Source of the DNA: Candidatus Wukongarchaeum yapensis
GTDB taxonomy: Archaea; Asgardarchaeota; Wukongarchaeia; Wukongarchaeales; Wukongarchaeaceae
Length of the DNA: 7,726 bases
Direction: 5' to 3'
Assembly (NCBI GenBank): GCA_016840425.1
Contig: JAEOSI010000102.1
Span: 1 to 7,726 of the forward strand
Made by a program: the position numbers and the translations under genes. Position 1 is the stretch's first letter, and each line of letters begins with the position of its first letter. Below the pieces are notes generated by a model. That model was given only the letters and a program-made list of their open reading frames with translations. It did no database searches and had not been told where the DNA came from. Positions 6,871-7,726 of this stretch are shown here, piece after piece.

Positions 6871-7422
6871 TTAGATTTCTTCGAGTTTTTTAAGGGCTTT
6901 TAATATTTCAGAACGTTCATCATCAGCCCCTTCGACTCCAAACTCTGGAAAAGTAGGCGATTGGGGAACAGGTGTTTCAGGCTCCGAAGTAGGAGGTGTA
7001 GATGGTGTGGCAGGTTTTGTATCCATAGAGGGGGGAGGAACAGTGGGGATAGACGGCGAAGTTGTAGACGTGGAAACAGAAGGAGTTGTCGATACAGCGG
7101 GGGAAGGTTTCACTTCGGGCGCAGGAACGGTAGGGAGAGGAGCAGGTACTTCAGGCACAACACCTACCTCTGAGGACGGTTCTTTTACCATAGTTTCTCG
7201 TGGCGCTAAGGTAACAGGGGGATAGATTGATGGCTTTTTTTCTGATTTTTCAAAAGTGATCATCCTTTGTTCTAACTCGGAGAGTTTTGACTCTAACCTG
7301 CTAAGCCTCTGATGTATCTCTTTAAAAGCTCCTTTACTAGCTTCGGAGAAAATTCTTAGGGTTTCAAGCATTTTCTGGGCCAGTCTAGAATCTATTTCCG
7401 TTTTTTCTTTTTTCTTTCCCAT
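6871..7422 (-). CDS. Hypothetical protein (183 aa): N-terminal helix and coiled coil, Pro/Ser/Thr-rich linker, acidic patch and C-terminal amphipathic helix
   Basis: ATG with GGTGG SD 9 nt upstream (7432-7436). Regular heptad F33-I36-L40-L43-L47-L50-M54-F57. 28 Pro in residues 64-159. Ends EGADDERSEILKALKKLEEI. No family recognised. Confidence 0.85.
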   Translation of the reverse strand: MGKKKEKTEIDSRLAQKMLETLRIFSEASKGAFKEIHQRLSRLESKLSELEQRMITFEKSEKKPSIYPPVTLAPRETMVKEPSSEVGVVPEVPAPLPTVPAPEVKPSPAVSTTPSVSTSTTSPSIPTVPPPSMDTKPATPSTPPTSEPETPVPQSPTFPEFGVEGADDERSEILKALKKLEEI

Positions 7423-7487
7423 TTAAATACGCCACCAAAAACTGAAAAATAAGAAGAAAGTGAATTGTGAAAACAAATTCTAATTAT

Positions 7488-7512
7488 TATGTACCTACTA
7501 TCCTAGTACATA
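7488..7512. promoter_or_regulatory. Inverted repeat TATGTAC-N11-GTACATA, either an operator or a terminator hairpin
   Basis: 7-bp perfect arms, extendable to 9 bp with one bulge, in the 117-nt gap between two co-directional genes. An adjacent T7 tract lies on the minus strand at 7512-7518. Confidence 0.4.
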
Positions 7513-7539
7513 AAAAAATTTTGGTTTCATTCTATGATG

Positions 7540-7726
7540 TTAACTAATGCGTTTAATTTTTGGCTTAATGTTAACAGGATAAATTTTCACATTAGTGCCC
7601 TTTTGCCCCTTGTAACGAAGGTTAAAATCGGATATTTCACAATTTGTAGCCTCCAATTTACGCGGTATGTGAAGAGGCGTGGAACAGGCAAAAAAACGAA
7701 GGGCAGGATCAAAAGGAAGCCAGCCG
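7540..7726 (-). CDS. Partial CDS (3' end, 61 aa) of a probable transglutaminase-like (Cys-His-Asp) domain protein
   Basis: Frame open from the window edge (7725) to TAA at 7542-7540: GWLPFDPALRFFACSTPLHIPRKLEATNCEISDFNLRYKGQKGTNVKIYPVNIKPKIKRIS. GWxxxDP matches the motif carrying the triad Asp of transglutaminase-like domains. The rest of the gene is outside the window. Confidence 0.58.
   Translation of the reverse strand, partial: GWLPFDPALRFFACSTPLHIPRKLEATNCEISDFNLRYKGQKGTNVKIYPVNIKPKIKRIS

Noticed and set aside
6961-7225. Plus-strand ORFs 6961-7173 (Arg/Cys/Gly-rich) and 7007-7225 (Gly/Thr/Val-rich)
   Set aside because: Antisense shadows of Pro/Ser/Thr codons in the orphan gene, which rarely create stops on the opposite strand. 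No recognisable motifs.
6930-7230. Local rise in GC content suggesting foreign DNA
   Set aside because: Explained by Pro/Ala/Thr/Ser codons. No integrase, transposase, terminal repeats or target duplication nearby.
7442-7540. Possible C/D box sRNA (CTGA at 7442, ATGATGT at 7534)
   Set aside because: The boxes are in the wrong order, the C box is imperfect, and there are no internal C'/D' boxes or terminal stem.
7463-7675. Repeated TGTGAA/TTCACA (about 7466, 7586, 7636, 7668) and ATGTTAAC twice (7537, 7568)
   Set aside because: Most copies fall inside the partial CDS at 7540-7726, and the spacing does not fit a CRP-type TGTGA-N6-TCACA site.
1-7726. tRNA, rRNA, CRISPR array, mobile element, intein or Sec/Pyl readthrough
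   Set aside because: Intergenic gaps are short with no cloverleaf or repeat-spacer pattern. Protein lengths fit their families without large insertions, and stops occur at the expected C-termini.

Overview
Archaeal chromosomal window. Evidence for this is the archaeosine genes, the archaeal-type phosphoglycerate mutase, a TTTATATA box and GGTGA/GGTGG Shine-Dalgarno motifs; the lineage cannot be fixed from the sequence. Left to right it holds apgM (-), a NusB-domain RsmB/NOP2/Sun m5C RNA methyltransferase (-), a divergent NIF3/DUF34-fold protein that appears to have lost most metal ligands (+), and the coupled archaeosine pair raSEA and arcS (-). These are followed by an orphan 183-aa protein (coiled coil, Pro-rich linker, terminal amphipathic helix) (-) and the C-terminal 61 codons of a probable transglutaminase-like protein that runs off the right edge and is missing from the ORF track (-). 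Most of the window is housekeeping RNA modification and glycolysis. The two best leads are the putative NIF3 pseudo-enzyme inside an RNA-modification cluster and the orphan protein, whose linear motifs resemble ESCRT MIT-interacting motifs and a WH2-type helix. Family assignments come from recalled motifs; no database searches were run.
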